Shown: positions 13,240-25,533, counted from the first letter of the whole stretch. The stretch is DNA of 63,264 nt, filler included, from Octopus bimaculoides (GCF_001194135.2; 4 parts of 4 records of this genome joined end to end with filler, not necessarily neighbours in it), one strand, 5' to 3'. Notes: generated by a model not told the origin, from the letters alone. Translations and numbers: made by a program.

Positions 13240-13400
13240 TTTTCGTCCTCTTTATTTTTTTTCCTCTTATTCCTTTCTGTTGAAGAGCGAAGGCTCGAAA
13301 CGCAAAAGACTTTTCCATTCTCCCTGAGCGTCAAACAAATACACTCGCTTGTTGCTCCTACACCTGTCTTCGTCTTTGTTTTTCTATAAATTTCAACTAT
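13240..13400 (+). mobile_element. Short dispersed repeat with a variant hammerhead-like motif (Penelope pLTR/retrozyme-like)
   Basis: cttt CTGTTGA A GAGC gaag GCTC GAAAC gca aaag; homologous to 32262-32410(-) and 57270-57435(+); ends at TA-rich microsatellite. Confidence 0.65.
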
Positions 13401-13402
13401 AT

Positions 13403-13434
<32 letters not shown>

Positions 13435-14480
13435 NNNNNNNNNNNNNNNNNNNNNNNNNNNNNNNNNNNNNNNNNNNNNNNNNNNNNNNNNNNNNNNNNN
13501 NNNNNNNNNNNNNNNNNNNNNNNNNNNNNNNNNNNNNNNNNNNNNNNNNNNNNNNNNNNNNNNNNNNNNNNNNNNNNNNNNNNNNNNNNNNNNNNNNNNN
13601 NNNNNNNNNNNNNNNNNNNNNNNNNNNNNNNNNNNNNNNNNNNNNNNNNNNNNNNNNNNNNNNNNNNNNNNNNNNNNNNNNNNNNNNNNNNNNNNNNNNN
13701 NNNNNNNNNNNNNNNNNNNNNNNNNNNNNNNNNNNNNNNNNNNNNNNNNNNNNNNNNNNNNNNNNNNNNNNNNNNNNNNNNNNNNNNNNNNNNNNNNNNN
13801 NNNNNNNNNNNNNNNNNNNNNNNNNNNNNNNNNNNNNNNNNNNNNNNNNNNNNNNNNNNNNNNNNNNNNNNTATATATATATATATATATATATATGTAT
13901 CAATTACTTTTTTAAAGTTAGGTCCTGTTCAATTAGAAATGGGAAACACTTTGAAACCATATGTAACCATATTTTTTTGTTTTCGTCAGGATATGTTCAT
14001 CTTTGTGTGTACAATCATTATATATACGTATACATACATATACATATATATGTACATACGTGTATTTATGTGTGTATGTGTTTGTATGTATAAACGTATG
14101 TACGTATATATATGTATGCATGTGTGTCTAGATATGTATGAGTGTGTTTGTGTGTGTGTATACAGATGAAACTTTGTAAAATTGAATATAAACTAATAGA
14201 AACTCTCTCATAATACGATTTCACATTTTTTTGTCTTTGTTTTTACAATTTTATAAGTATTTTCAGGATTTATAATAATCCGGAGAAAAACGCCATTATC
14301 GAACGTCTAATGCGTTTCGTAATCTTGAACTTAGTGAAACAGTCAAATTTTTTTCATCAGGCTTCAGCAGGCTGAAGCTTAGAAAAGCTATTTTGACCAA
14401 ACAAATAAAGAATAAAAGATTAAAAAAAGTTAACTGTCAAGGAAATTTTCACACACACGCACATACACACACACACACAC

Positions 14481-14570
<90 letters not shown>

Positions 14571-14819
14571 ACACAGGCACCACACAGAGGTATATTTTAA
14601 CCAATAAGTGTTGCCAAGAAGAGATTTGCTTACAATTTGATGTTGAGAAACATCTGATGCTGCAAAGAAAAGTCCTATCTGGAATATTTTTAAATGAAAT
14701 TAAAATCGAATTGAAATTAATATTATTGTCAGTATTTCAACAGGTTTTGAGTGAAATTAAATTTAAATCAATATTAATATTATTCTTCAAATTACTGCTC
14801 ATTCAGAACGAGGACTGAA

Positions 14820-15060
14820 CTAGCCAATCAATTTTTTCTCCCACTCTTCTTCTGACTTGACTGAATCGTGAAGTTTGTAAAACGGAAACATCAAATACAT
14901 TTTATTTTCAAGTTTCAAATGTCTGCTTAATGGGATCTGCTTGACATGATGATCCCTAATTTGTTGCCTGTGTATTCGAGTGCGTTCCAGTAAGGATTTT
15001 CCTCTCTGGCCAATACATATTTCTTCACAAACTGGAAATTTGGTGTGAGATCTGGAGCGA
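14820..15060 (-). mobile_element. Penelope-like element GIY-YIG endonuclease relic
   Basis: ORF segment CEEICIGQRGKSLLERTRIHRQQIRD...PLSRH...FPFYK resembles the C..C..YIG.T...L..R...H GIY-YIG pattern. Confidence 0.7.
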
Positions 15061-15069
15061 GAGACAGTA

Positions 15070-15330
15070 CACCAACACCTATCAGAGATTTTAGGTGCCT
15101 CTGCAGCGTGGGTAAACGTCGACAGCATGTCGGCCAACCCAGTGGAGCATTGAGGATGTGAGAACTGGAGGGAAAGATGCACGCACACCCGGCAGGTCGT
15201 GATTTTGAGGGGAGCAACATGAAGTAAAGTACTTTATCCAGGGATACCATGTGCTACTCGGTCGAAGAATTGATCCTACGGCCGTAAGATCGTGAGCCCA
15301 GCACACTACCCACTAGGTCACGTGCCTTGT
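15070..15330 (-). mobile_element. Diverged tRNA-derived SINE adjoining the PLE relic
   Basis: Minus-strand head ggcacgtgacctagtgggtagtgtgctgggctcacgatc...ggatcaattc. Confidence 0.6.
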
Positions 15331-15385
15331 CTCTTCCTTTTTAACACACAACACTAATATATATATATGTAATATACCTAATGAT

Positions 15386-15600
15386 GGAGGTGCGTAGCTT
15401 AATGTTTAGGGTGCTGGATTCATGATCGTAAGAATGTGGTTTCGATTCCCAGACCGGACGACGCATTTTGTTCTTGAGCAAAGCACTTCATTTCACCTTG
15501 CTCCGGCTGGCAAAAATGAGTATTCCTGCGACTGACCGGCATCCCGGCCAGTTGGAGATTATATATACACCACAGAAATCGGATAACCGGCCGTAGGAGT
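15386..15600 (+). mobile_element. tRNA-derived SINE family D
   Basis: ggaggtgcgtagcttaatgtttagggtg...ggtttcgattcccagaccgg...ttgagcaaagcacttcatttcac. Confidence 0.75.
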
Positions 15601-16116
15601 ATATCGCTGGATAAGTGAACATCACCCTATTACCAAAACACCACCAAAAACATCACCATCGCCGTCATCATCAAAAACTAACATCTTTAACTGCACCAGT
15701 AACAACATGTAATATCCTGTTCAAAAATAGATTTCTTTTACGAACGTTGATAATAATATTCCAATGAAATCCGATACACAAGATTCAAACAGAAAATTTC
15801 CATTATATATTTTGTGTTGATATCATGTTTATCCATCATCAAACTGCTTACAATTGTCAACCAATATACAATGCATTCATACATATAGATACACACACAC
15901 ACATGTAGATACACAAATAAAACGATTATTTGTCATTCCGTAGTTAGACAAGCAGATGATAGGTTGACGTGATCAAGAAGAGACGTCAATAAGGAGGGAA
16001 GTGGCTATTAAAAGACACAATGGCGCCAATAAGAAAATATGAGAATGAAATCAAAAGCAAATTGAAGTCGTTCTGTCTATCTATCTATCTTTCTTTCTTT
16101 CTCGCGCTCTTTCATT

Positions 16117-16217
<101 letters not shown>

Positions 16218-16741
16218 NNNNNNNNNNNNNNNNNNNNNNNNNNNNNNNNNNNNNNNNNNNNNNNNNNNNNNNNNNNNNNNNNNNNNNNNNNNNNNNNNNN
16301 NNNNNNNNNNNNNNNNNNNNNNNNNNNNNNNNNNNNNNNNNNNNNNNNNNNNNNNNNNNNNNNNNNNNNNNNNNNNNNNNNNNNNNNNNNNNNNNNNNNN
16401 NNNNNNNNNNNNNNNNNNNNNNNNNNNNNNNNNNNNNNNNNNNNNNNNNNNNNNNNNNNNNNNNNNNNNNNNNNNNNNNNNATATATTCAGTTGTCACTA
16501 ATTGTGACTGACAGTGCAGGGTAGCCGCCTCCATTATAATATGTGTGTGTGTGTGTGGCTATGACGTGGTTGATCATGCGCAGACATGCACTGAAGTTGC
16601 GATATCTCCAATGTTTCCTTGACATTGGGCAAGTGTAGCCGCCATTTGTCAGGCTCACTTTTTCTCAGCTCAGCTCTTTGACCGAACTGCAGTCCTGTAT
16701 CAAAAGTAGACGGAGACTGGACACCAAGTACCTAGACTGTT

Positions 16742-16821
16742 GTCAGGCACTCACAGCCCTACCCACTCAGGCACTCACAGCCCTACCCAGTCAGGCACTC
16801 ACAGCCCTACCCAATCAGGCA
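16742..16821. repeat. 24-bp tandem repeat x3.3 (NTCAGGCACTCACAGCCCTACCCA)
   Basis: Three units identical except at one position, seen directly. Confidence 0.95.
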
Positions 16822-17100
16822 ATGCGGTCAGTGTTAGTTCCACTTCGGTATTCTATTGAGGGTTCATGAAAGGCAAGACTTTTCCGTAAGAGTCTGGTCG
16901 CCATTGATATTTTCCTAGTTGGCCTGTTCAAGAGGAATTTCGGACTTTCTGACAGTACAACCGTGGAGCATTGTTGGTTTAACACAGACCCAACAAGCAT
17001 GAGAGTGTTATCAGCTGAGTCTATCGGGAAATACTCGTGAGTAGCGAAACTGTCCTGCCACTCAATGTCCAGTGTCCGAGCATGGACCCCAGTGCATAAC
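16815..17100 (-). mobile_element. RTE-group LINE 3' coding end, degraded
   Basis: Minus strand reads RTLDIEWQD...LMLVGSVL...RPTRK...TDRIA*, similar to the RTE-like pattern LNISWQ..LR..GH..GRP..DR..W. Confidence 0.55.
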
Positions 17101-18759
17101 TGGTAGCTTATCTGAAAAGATAGTAAACATTATAAGCACAGCCTTGTTTCGATTTTCATTATAGTCTGATGGCAATCATCAATGCCAGCAATTAAGCTGA
17201 TAATAACGATTGTGATTAAACCAACTCGTTAATGTGAAATTAACGTCATCGACATTATCAGGTTCGTTAAAAATAGCAAAATTTCATCATCACCATCGTT
17301 CGTCCCAGTCGCCGTTTTCATCATCAGCATAATCGTCACCATCATCATCATCATCATCGCCATCATCATCACCATCATCATCGTGGTCATCATTATATCA
17401 TCGTCGTCATCATCATCATCATCATCAGTATCGAGGTCATCATCGGCACCATCATCATCATTATCGTCATCACACATTCATTCATTCGTTCAACGATTCA
17501 CTTCTTCATTATCAAATCCATTATAATGAAGTCGTGGTTAAGCGCACCTGGACGCAGAAAAATTACCAGGACGACCACCACCACCACCACACTACTACTA
17601 CTACTACTACTACTACTATACGCATGTATCAAGATTCAACACAGATGAAAGCTTTCTAAATATATATATATATATATATANNNNNNNNNNNNNNNNNNNN
17701 NNNNNNNNNNNNNNNNNNNNNNNNNNNNNNNNNNNNNNNNNNNNNNNNNNNNNNNNNNNNNNNNNNNNNNNNNNNNNNNNNNNNNNNNNNNNNNNNNNNN
17801 NNNNNNNNNNNNNNNNNNNNNNNNNNNNNNNNNNNNNNNNNNNNNNNNNNNNNNNNNNNNNNNNNNNNNNNNNNNNNNNNNNNNNNNNNNNNNNNNNNNN
17901 NNNNNNNNNNNNNNNNNNNNNNNNNNNNNNNNNNNNNNNNNNNNNNNNNNNNNNNNNNNNNNNNNNNNNNNNNNNNNNNNNNNNNNNNNNNNNNNNNNNN
18001 NNNNNNNNNNNNNNNNNNNNNNNNNNNNNNNNNNNNNNNNNNNNNNNNNNNNNNNNNNNNNNNNNNNNNNNNNNNNNNNNNNNNNNNNNNNNNNNNNNNN
18101 NNNNNNNNNNNNTATATATATGAACATATATATACATATACACACATATAAATATATACACATATATACATATATATACGTACATATACACATACATACA
18201 CACACATATACATATATATTATATCACAATGTTTAAGCCCCTTAGTACATACACATACTCACACACAAACACATGCACGCACACACATACACGCACACGC
18301 ATACATGCACAAACATGCATATATAAGTGTGTGGGTGCGCACACACACACACACACTCACACACGCACGCACACACGCACACACATACACGCTGGTATGT
18401 CCGTGTCTATGTGCCGCGTTCCCAGACACAGCGGAACGAACACAAGAAGTGTGAACTCTAAAGAATTGGTAACGACTGCAGTCTTCTTACTTTTCTCTGG
18501 CTGTCAGACTCCCGTTGCCATAGAAGCAGACTGAAGTAATATATTTATCAGCATTTTATTAACTGCTGTGCCATATCCATCCGAAAACGGCGATAAACGT
18601 ACCTTTCCGACAGACCATCTTCGTGGTTCGTAGGAAAGACCTCGGTCTAGTATCGTTGTTGCTCTACCTGTTAGAAACAGTAGTTAGATTCTCCTCAACT
18701 TACATTCTACTGTCTTAGAAAAAGGTATCGACATGTTATTTGATGAAGCCCTTGATAAA

Positions 18760-18887
18760 CAGGGTGTCCACAAAGTCTGGCTACATGGACTAAAATAAAA
18801 TCATAATATCAACAATTAAATATAAGAAGTAATAATTTCTTAAAGTATGTGTTAATCTCCGTGTACCCAGACTTTGTGGACACCCTG
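18760..18887. mobile_element. 128-bp Tc1/pogo-type MITE
   Basis: 30-bp TIRs matching 28/30 (CAGGGTGTCCACAAAGTCTGG...); TA at the right flank. Confidence 0.9.
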
Positions 18888-19025
18888 TATTATGTTCGAG
18901 GGAAAACGATGAGATCATCCGGGGTGAAATAGTTTTGATTGAAGATATTTTTGATAAGGGTGACCTAGGCGGGGAACAACAACAACAACAACAACAACAA
19001 CAATTTACTAAATATTTTTACGTTG

Positions 19026-19099
19026 GGGGGAATTAGCTGATGCGGTAGAGAATTCGCTTTGCATGCGAGAGATACCGGGATCGATACCCAGCTTCACTC
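19026..19099 (+). pseudogene. tRNA-Ala(TGC)-like pseudogene
   Basis: GGGGGAATTAGCT...GGTAGAG..TTCGC TTTGCAT GCGAG...GGATCGATACCC resembles eukaryotic tRNA-Ala; anticodon TGC at 19060-19062; acceptor, D and T stems carry mismatches. Confidence 0.75.
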
Positions 19100-19117
19100 G
19101 TTAATATACGATTACAT

Positions 19118-19272
19118 GTGCAGACATGGCTGTGTGGTTAGAAGCTCGCTTTGAAACCCAGAGGTTTCTGGTTCAGTTCAACTGCACGGCACCTAGGGTG
19201 AGTGATTTCTACTATTGTCCTGGGTCAACTAATGATTGTATGTAGTAGACGGAAACTGTGTGGAAGTCTGTA

Positions 19273-19339
<67 letters not shown>

Positions 19340-19535
19340 TCTGTGTGGATATGTGTGTACAGAGCATGTGTATGTGGGTGTCTTTGTGTTTGTCCACCAT
19401 CACTACTTGACAACGGTGTTGCTTTGTTTCTGCTACGTTATCTAGCGGTTCGACAAATAAGACCGACAGAATTAGTTCCCAACATAAAAAAGTACTGGAG
19501 CCTATTTACTCAATGAGTGAAACAAGTAAAAGAAA
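19118..19535 (+). mobile_element. Diverged SINE family A
   Basis: Head, agacggaaactg core, (TG)n and gaaacaagtaaaag tail. Confidence 0.75.
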
Positions 19536-20298
19536 AAAGGAAAAAAAAATACATGATAATTTACTAGAAACAGCAGTCAAAAATCCCTCAAATCAAACTC
19601 AACCATTTCAAAAACGTGGGGAAGGTACATAAATTAATGTAGTCCTCGATATACATACTCCGGACACATGATGGGATAGTCTAGGCTTGAATTACTCGAT
19701 CGTATTGACCAGGTGTTAAATGACAACAAAAACGACACGTGGTGTACCGGGTCAACTAGACACAGCCATCTTTAAAAGTGAGTGGTACAAAGCAGAGTGT
19801 AGTCCTAGATACACTGGGTCCGAACGAACTTTAAATTGGAAGGTTTTCACTTGAAAGCATTTCGTTACACATCAGTTCAGTCGAGCTTGTCGTGCCATTT
19901 CCGTAATTACACGTGAACTTGTTTTAAGCTAAACATAGATGGATTATAACAACAATAATTATACACTTCCGGTTCATTAAAATGGCGCGTAAATAACTCA
20001 GCTGATTGCATTTTGGGACAACTTCGAGGATATACAAAATATTGATTGACATTGTTAAGAGACCATGTGGTTTCGGGTTCAGTCCCACAGCGCAGCACCA
20101 TGAGCAGGTAACTTCTACCAAAAACCCTTGGCAAACCGATGTCTTATGAATGGGTGAATCCTGTAAACGGAAACTGACTTGAAGACCATCACGTCTTTTA
20201 TTCTTTTACTTGTTTCAGTCATTTGATTGCGACCATGCTGGAGCACCACCTTTTAGTCGAACACATCAACCCCTGGACTTATTCTTTGTAAGCCTAGT

Positions 20299-20950
20299 GG
20301 ATCTTGTTCAAAACGGGGGCACCAGTATTTTCTTAACGAAACACTTTGAAACTTGGGACACTGGTAGAATGTGTCATATAAAACATCTTTTTCTCTTAGT
20401 CTTCTTAACAAAAATCGTACATCGCAAGTTATTTCATGTTAAATTTGCTCTATTTCTGTAATTTCAACCAATGACTGACGTCCATTCAGCCGTAGAAATT
20501 AAGTGCTGACTACGTAAACAAGCGATTCGCGGCGGTGATAAAATTATTATTTCCTTGTCAAAAAATGGCTGAAGCATATTGGCAGTAGCTAATAAACCTT
20601 TCTATTATAGGCACAATGCATGGTTTTTGAGGGAGGGAGCAAGTCAATTAGGGTTAGGGTTAGGGTTAGGGTTAGGGAAAGCGAACACACGTGTGTTGCC
20701 TCTGCAAAATGTCAGAAGTAATGGAGATTAAATACGCTTTACACCGCTTAGGAGTAACTGTAAACAGCTGAATACTTGTCAGTGATTGGTTGAAATTATC
20801 GAAATAAGACAATTTTTTACATGAAATAAATCCGAATACAAACCTTTTTTTCTGTTCTATAACACAAAATAGATAAGTATACGAAATTTGAAAGTCTGTC
20901 GGTACCAAAAACACTACATAAAACTGGTGCCCCCGTTTTGAACAAGATCC
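20299..20950. mobile_element. 652-bp non-autonomous DNA transposon with perfect 28-bp TIRs and an 8-bp TSD (Merlin- or hAT-like)
   Basis: GGATCTTGTTCAAAACGGGGGCACCAGT at 20299-20326, exact inverse at 20923-20950; TSD AGCCTAGT at 20291-20298 and 20951-20958. Confidence 0.92.
20648..20677 (+). repeat. Interstitial (TTAGGG)5
   Basis: Five perfect units. Confidence 0.95.
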
Positions 20951-21317
20951 AGCCTAGTACTTATTCTATAGATATCTTTTTGCCGAACTGCTACGTTACG
21001 GGGACATAAATACACCAACATCGGTTGTCAAGCGATGGTGGGGGGAACAAACACAAACACACAAATACATACACACAAGTTTACACACACACACATACAC
21101 ATATACAATGGGCTTCTGTCAGTTTCCGTGTACCAAATCCACTCACAAGGCTTTGGTCGGTCCGAGGCTATAGTAGAAGACACTTGACCAAGGTTCCACA
21201 CAGTGGGACTGAACCTAGAACCATGTGGTTGGGAAACAAGCTTCTTACTACACAGCCATGCCTTCGCCTATATATATGTGTGTGTGTATGTGTGCGTATG
21301 TGTGCATCTACGTTTTT

Positions 21318-21522
21318 CCTACCGCTTGAGATCCGGTGGTGGTTTGTTTACGCCCCCATAACTTAGCGGTTCGGTGAAAAGATTGGCCAGAATAAGTACC
21401 GGACTTTAGAAAAACAACAAAAGAAAGAACAAAAATTACTAAGTACAGAGGTCGGTTTGTTCGACTAAACTCTTCAAGGTGGTGCCCCAGCATGGCCGCA
21501 GTCCAACGCCTGAAACAAGTTT
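21318..21522 (+). mobile_element. SINE family A 3' half
   Basis: cataacttagcggttcgg...ggtgccccagcatggccgcagtc...tgaaacaag. Confidence 0.75.
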
Positions 21523-22683
21523 CTCTAATTACCGATGCATATCATAGTTTATACCAGTTCATTGGAAAACATCAATAATGTCGCCGCTGATACAAACAAG
21601 AGAAGGACGTCGGAAGATTTTTTTTTCCTTCTCGTTATTCCTCTTTCTGTCTTTCATTCATTTTGTCAGGTTTTTTTTTTCTTTCTTGAATTGTTTGTTT
21701 TTCTTCTTTTGTTGCTGCCTGTGTTTCTTTTCTTTTCTTTTTTTTTTTTGCTTTCTATCGTTTTATATCTGTTTCTTCCCTTTTATCCTCTCTCCTGTTT
21801 TCCATATCCATCCATCCATCCATCCATCCATCCATCCATCCATCCATCCATCCATCCGTCTATCTATCTATCTATCTATCTATCTATCCATCTATCTATC
21901 TATTTATTTGTGTGTGCGTTTCAGTGTGTGTATGTGTAGGCGTGGTTGTAGGCGCGTAGCTTAATGGTTAAGGCTGTTGNNNNNNNNNNNNNNNNNNNNN
22001 NNNNNNNNNNNNNNNNNNNNNNNNNNNNNNNNNNNNNNNNNNNNNNNNNNNNNNNNNNNNNNNNNNNNNNNNNNNNNNNNNNNNNNNNNNNNNNNNNNNN
22101 NNNNNNNNNNNNNNNNNNNNNNNNNNNNNNNNNNNNNNNNNNNNNNNNNNNNNNNNNNNNNNNNNNNNNNNNNNNNNNNNNNNNNNNNNNNNNNNNNNNN
22201 NNNNNNNNNNNNNNNNNNNNNNNNNNNNNNNNNNNNNNNNNNNNNNNNNNNNNNNNNNNNNNNNNNNNNNNNNNNNNNNNNNNNNNNNNNNNNNNNNNNN
22301 NNNNNNNNNNNNNNNNNNNNNNNNNNNNNNNNNNNNNNNNNNNNNNNNNNNNNNNNNNNNNNNNNNNNNNNNNNNNNNNNNNNNNNNNNNNNNNNNNNNN
22401 NNNNNNNNNNNNNNNNNNNNNNNNNNNNNNNNNNNNNNNNNNNNNNNNNNNNNNNNNNNNNNNNNNNNNNNNNNNNNNNNNNNNNNNNNNNNNNNNNNNN
22501 NNNNNNNNNNNNNNNNNNNNNNNNNNNNNNNNNNNNNNNNNNNNNNNNNNNNNNNNNNNNNNNNNNNNNNNNNNNNNNNNNNNNNNNNNNNNNNNNNNNN
22601 NNNNGGCTGCAGTTCGTAAATCGCTCTTTGTGCCTGCTTGAATAGTTGCATAACTTTATTAGAGATGTTCTGAAACTGCACAA

Positions 22684-22753
<70 letters not shown>

Positions 22754-22910
22754 GGAGAGAGGGAGAGAGAGAGGAGGAATTGGGAGAGAGAGGGATAGAT
22801 AGAGGGATGGGGAGGGATGGAGAGAAAAAGGGAGGGAGGGAGAAAGCAATCTATGTAAGCAAACGTATCTATCAATAAAGATCTACTACTACTACTACTA
22901 CTACTACTAT

Positions 22911-22958
<48 letters not shown>

Positions 22959-23011
22959 CACTACTGCTGCTGCTACATTACATGCAGTGGTAGTTAAAGT
23001 AACAATAGCAA

Positions 23012-23146
23012 TATAGGTTTCAAATTTTGGCACAAGGCCAGTAATTTCGGGGGAGGAGGTAAGTCGATTAAATCAACCCCAGTACGTAACTGGTACTTTT
23101 TTTATCGACCCCGAAAGGATGAAAGGCAAAGTCGACCTCGGCGGAT
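23012..23146 (-). mobile_element. SINE family B 3' part
   Basis: ttttggcacaaggcc...ttatcgaccccgaaaggatgaaaggcaaagtcgacctcggcgga. Confidence 0.8.
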
Positions 23147-23377
23147 TGGTAACAATAACACTAACTACAATATTAATACTTGCTATTGTTACAAAACATC
23201 TAGACACAGACACATATAAATATATATCTATGCTTGTGTGTATCTGTGTGTGTATGCAAGTATGTATGCATGTATGTATGTATGTGTGTGTTTTTTTAAT
23301 CTGTGAGTGTATGCGTGTATGTGTGTGTGTATGAAGAACCGAGACAGAGAGAGGAGAAAAGAGAGTAAAGAAGATAT

Positions 23378-23413
<36 letters not shown>

Positions 23414-24725
23414 TTATTCCTATNNNNNNNNNNNNNNNNNNNNNNNNNNNNNNNATATATATATATATACTTCCTTTTATCTACTAAAGCACCATTATTC
23501 TGTGTTTCAAACCATAGAATTTAATCAGTTTTCACACACAAGGGAGTGTAAAATTTAGCAACTCATTGATGAAACTGGACTAATTTAAGGTATTTATGAT
23601 TATGCGGGAATTGCTGGAAGAGATGCAATTTATTGAACGGGTCACAGATATTTGTGAGTTGGTTCCTCATGACACAACACATGGGTTTAGCTTACGAATG
23701 TTTGGAGTTCAAGTTAATACAGGTGTCATCGAACCTTTGAATTGTATAAATAATTAAGACAAATAGAATCGATGAAGACTTCCTGCAAAATTTGAAAATT
23801 GGTTTTGCGGTCAGGTATTAGGGTGATCAATGGTAGAATGAATTTCCAGGACTTGAGAAGAAGTTTGTTGAAGTGGCAACACTTCATGAAAAATTTAGAT
23901 CTTGCATTTATGTGACTCATGGAATAAAAGTATACATACATACGAACACACATACATAAATACATACATAATGCATACATACAAACGAACATGCATATAT
24001 ACATGAATACATGCATAAATATTTACGTACATATATGAATTTACGCGTTACAAAATACATTGCCTTAACTATATATATATATATATGCGTATNNNNNNNN
24101 NNNNNNNNNNNNNNNNNNNNNNNNNNNNNNNNNNNNNNNNNNNNNNNNNNNNNNNNNNNNNNNNNNNNNNNNNNNNNNNNNNNNNNNNNNNNNNNNNNNN
24201 NNNNNNNNNNNNNNNNNNNNNNNNNNNNNNNNNNNNNNNNNNNNNNNNNNNNNNNNNNNNNNNNNNNNNNNNNNNNNNNNNNNNNNNNNNNNNNNNNNNN
24301 NNNNNNNNNNNNNNNNNNNNNNNNNNNNNNNNNNNNNNNNNNNNNNNNNNNNNNNNNNNNNNNNNNNNNNNNNNNNNNNNNNNNNNNNNNNNNNNNNNNN
24401 NNNNNNNNNNNNNNNNNNNNNNNNNNNNNNNNNNNNNNNNNNNNNNNNNNNNNNNNNNNNNNNNNNNNNNNNNNNNNNNNNNNNNNNNNNNNNNNNNNNN
24501 NNNNNNNNNNNNNNNNNNNNNNNNNNNNNNNNNNNNNNNNNNNNNNNNNNNNNNNNNNNNNNNNNNNNNNNNNNNNNNNNNNNNNNNNNNNNNNNNNNNN
24601 NNNNNNNNNNNNNNNNNNNNNNNNNNNNNNNNNNNNNNNNNNNNNNNNNNNNNNNNNNNNNNNNNNNNNNNNNNNNNNNNNNNNNNNNNNNNNNNNNNNN
24701 NNNNNNNNNNNNNNNNNNNNNNNNN

Positions 24726-24759
<34 letters not shown>

Positions 24760-24877
24760 GTGTGCATATAAATACTCACATACAAATGTATATATGTAAT
24801 TAAGCGTAAATTTTATCTATGAATATATACGTGTATATTTTGCCTGTGCAATATAAACTCGTATACAAATGCATGCC

Positions 24878-24908
<31 letters not shown>

Positions 24909-25486
24909 TAGTGTGTATATATATATGTCAACAAAATCTCACTAGAATATGAAATATATATGTATTTTTTTTTTAGCTTTGTTTCGTTTCTTTATATATA
25001 TATATATATTTTCAGTTGACTTTCGTTGCAGGAGTGGTATGCTTCAGGTAGTTGCCGCCATATTCTTCAATTTATTTACGCTATACAGATAATTTCTCTA
25101 CATAAATAGGACATTATTAAATAAATGTGAAAAAAAAAATGGGGAATATAGATAATGGAGATGGATAATCCATTGTTCGTATTGAGAGAAAAGTACTGTT
25201 TGAGTTTCACTTGCGGATATATTGTAAGGATGTGTTACAGATCTCTGGCTGTCGCTTTCTCTTTACACACACACACACACATGAATATATATTGTGTGGC
25301 TGTGTGGATTTCTGTGTGCATATATATGTGTATTTATTTATATATATGTATGTATATATATATATATTATATATATATGTATATTTATATATATGTACAT
25401 ATGTTACATGTATATGTATATGCATACGTGTGTATGTATATATTTATACATATATATATATATGTGTATATATATATATATATCTA

Positions 25487-25533
<47 letters not shown>

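Larger units (their letters stand above)
20205..21269 (-). mobile_element. SINE family A split by a MITE insertion
   Basis: SINE sequence resumes exactly after 20958 (agcctagtacttattct...). Confidence 0.9.

Noticed and set aside
14305-14380. Minus-strand CUGAUGA...GAAACGC downstream of the 14.8-kb PLE relic, next to a GCTTCAGC/GCTGAAGC hairpin
   Set aside because: No convincing stem I or II and no GUH after stem III; at most a dead remnant.
16742-16821. 24-bp (and the 30-bp at 29773) repeats as a CRISPR array
   Set aside because: Contiguous units with no spacers, eukaryotic context, no cas genes.
19026-19099. Functional tRNA gene
   Set aside because: Multiple mismatches in the acceptor, D and T stems; treated as a pseudogene.
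20648-20677. True chromosome end
   Set aside because: Only five units, internal to a TIR-bounded element.
23600-23760. 52-codon open frame MRELLEEMQF...
   Set aside because: No recognisable homology or splice context.
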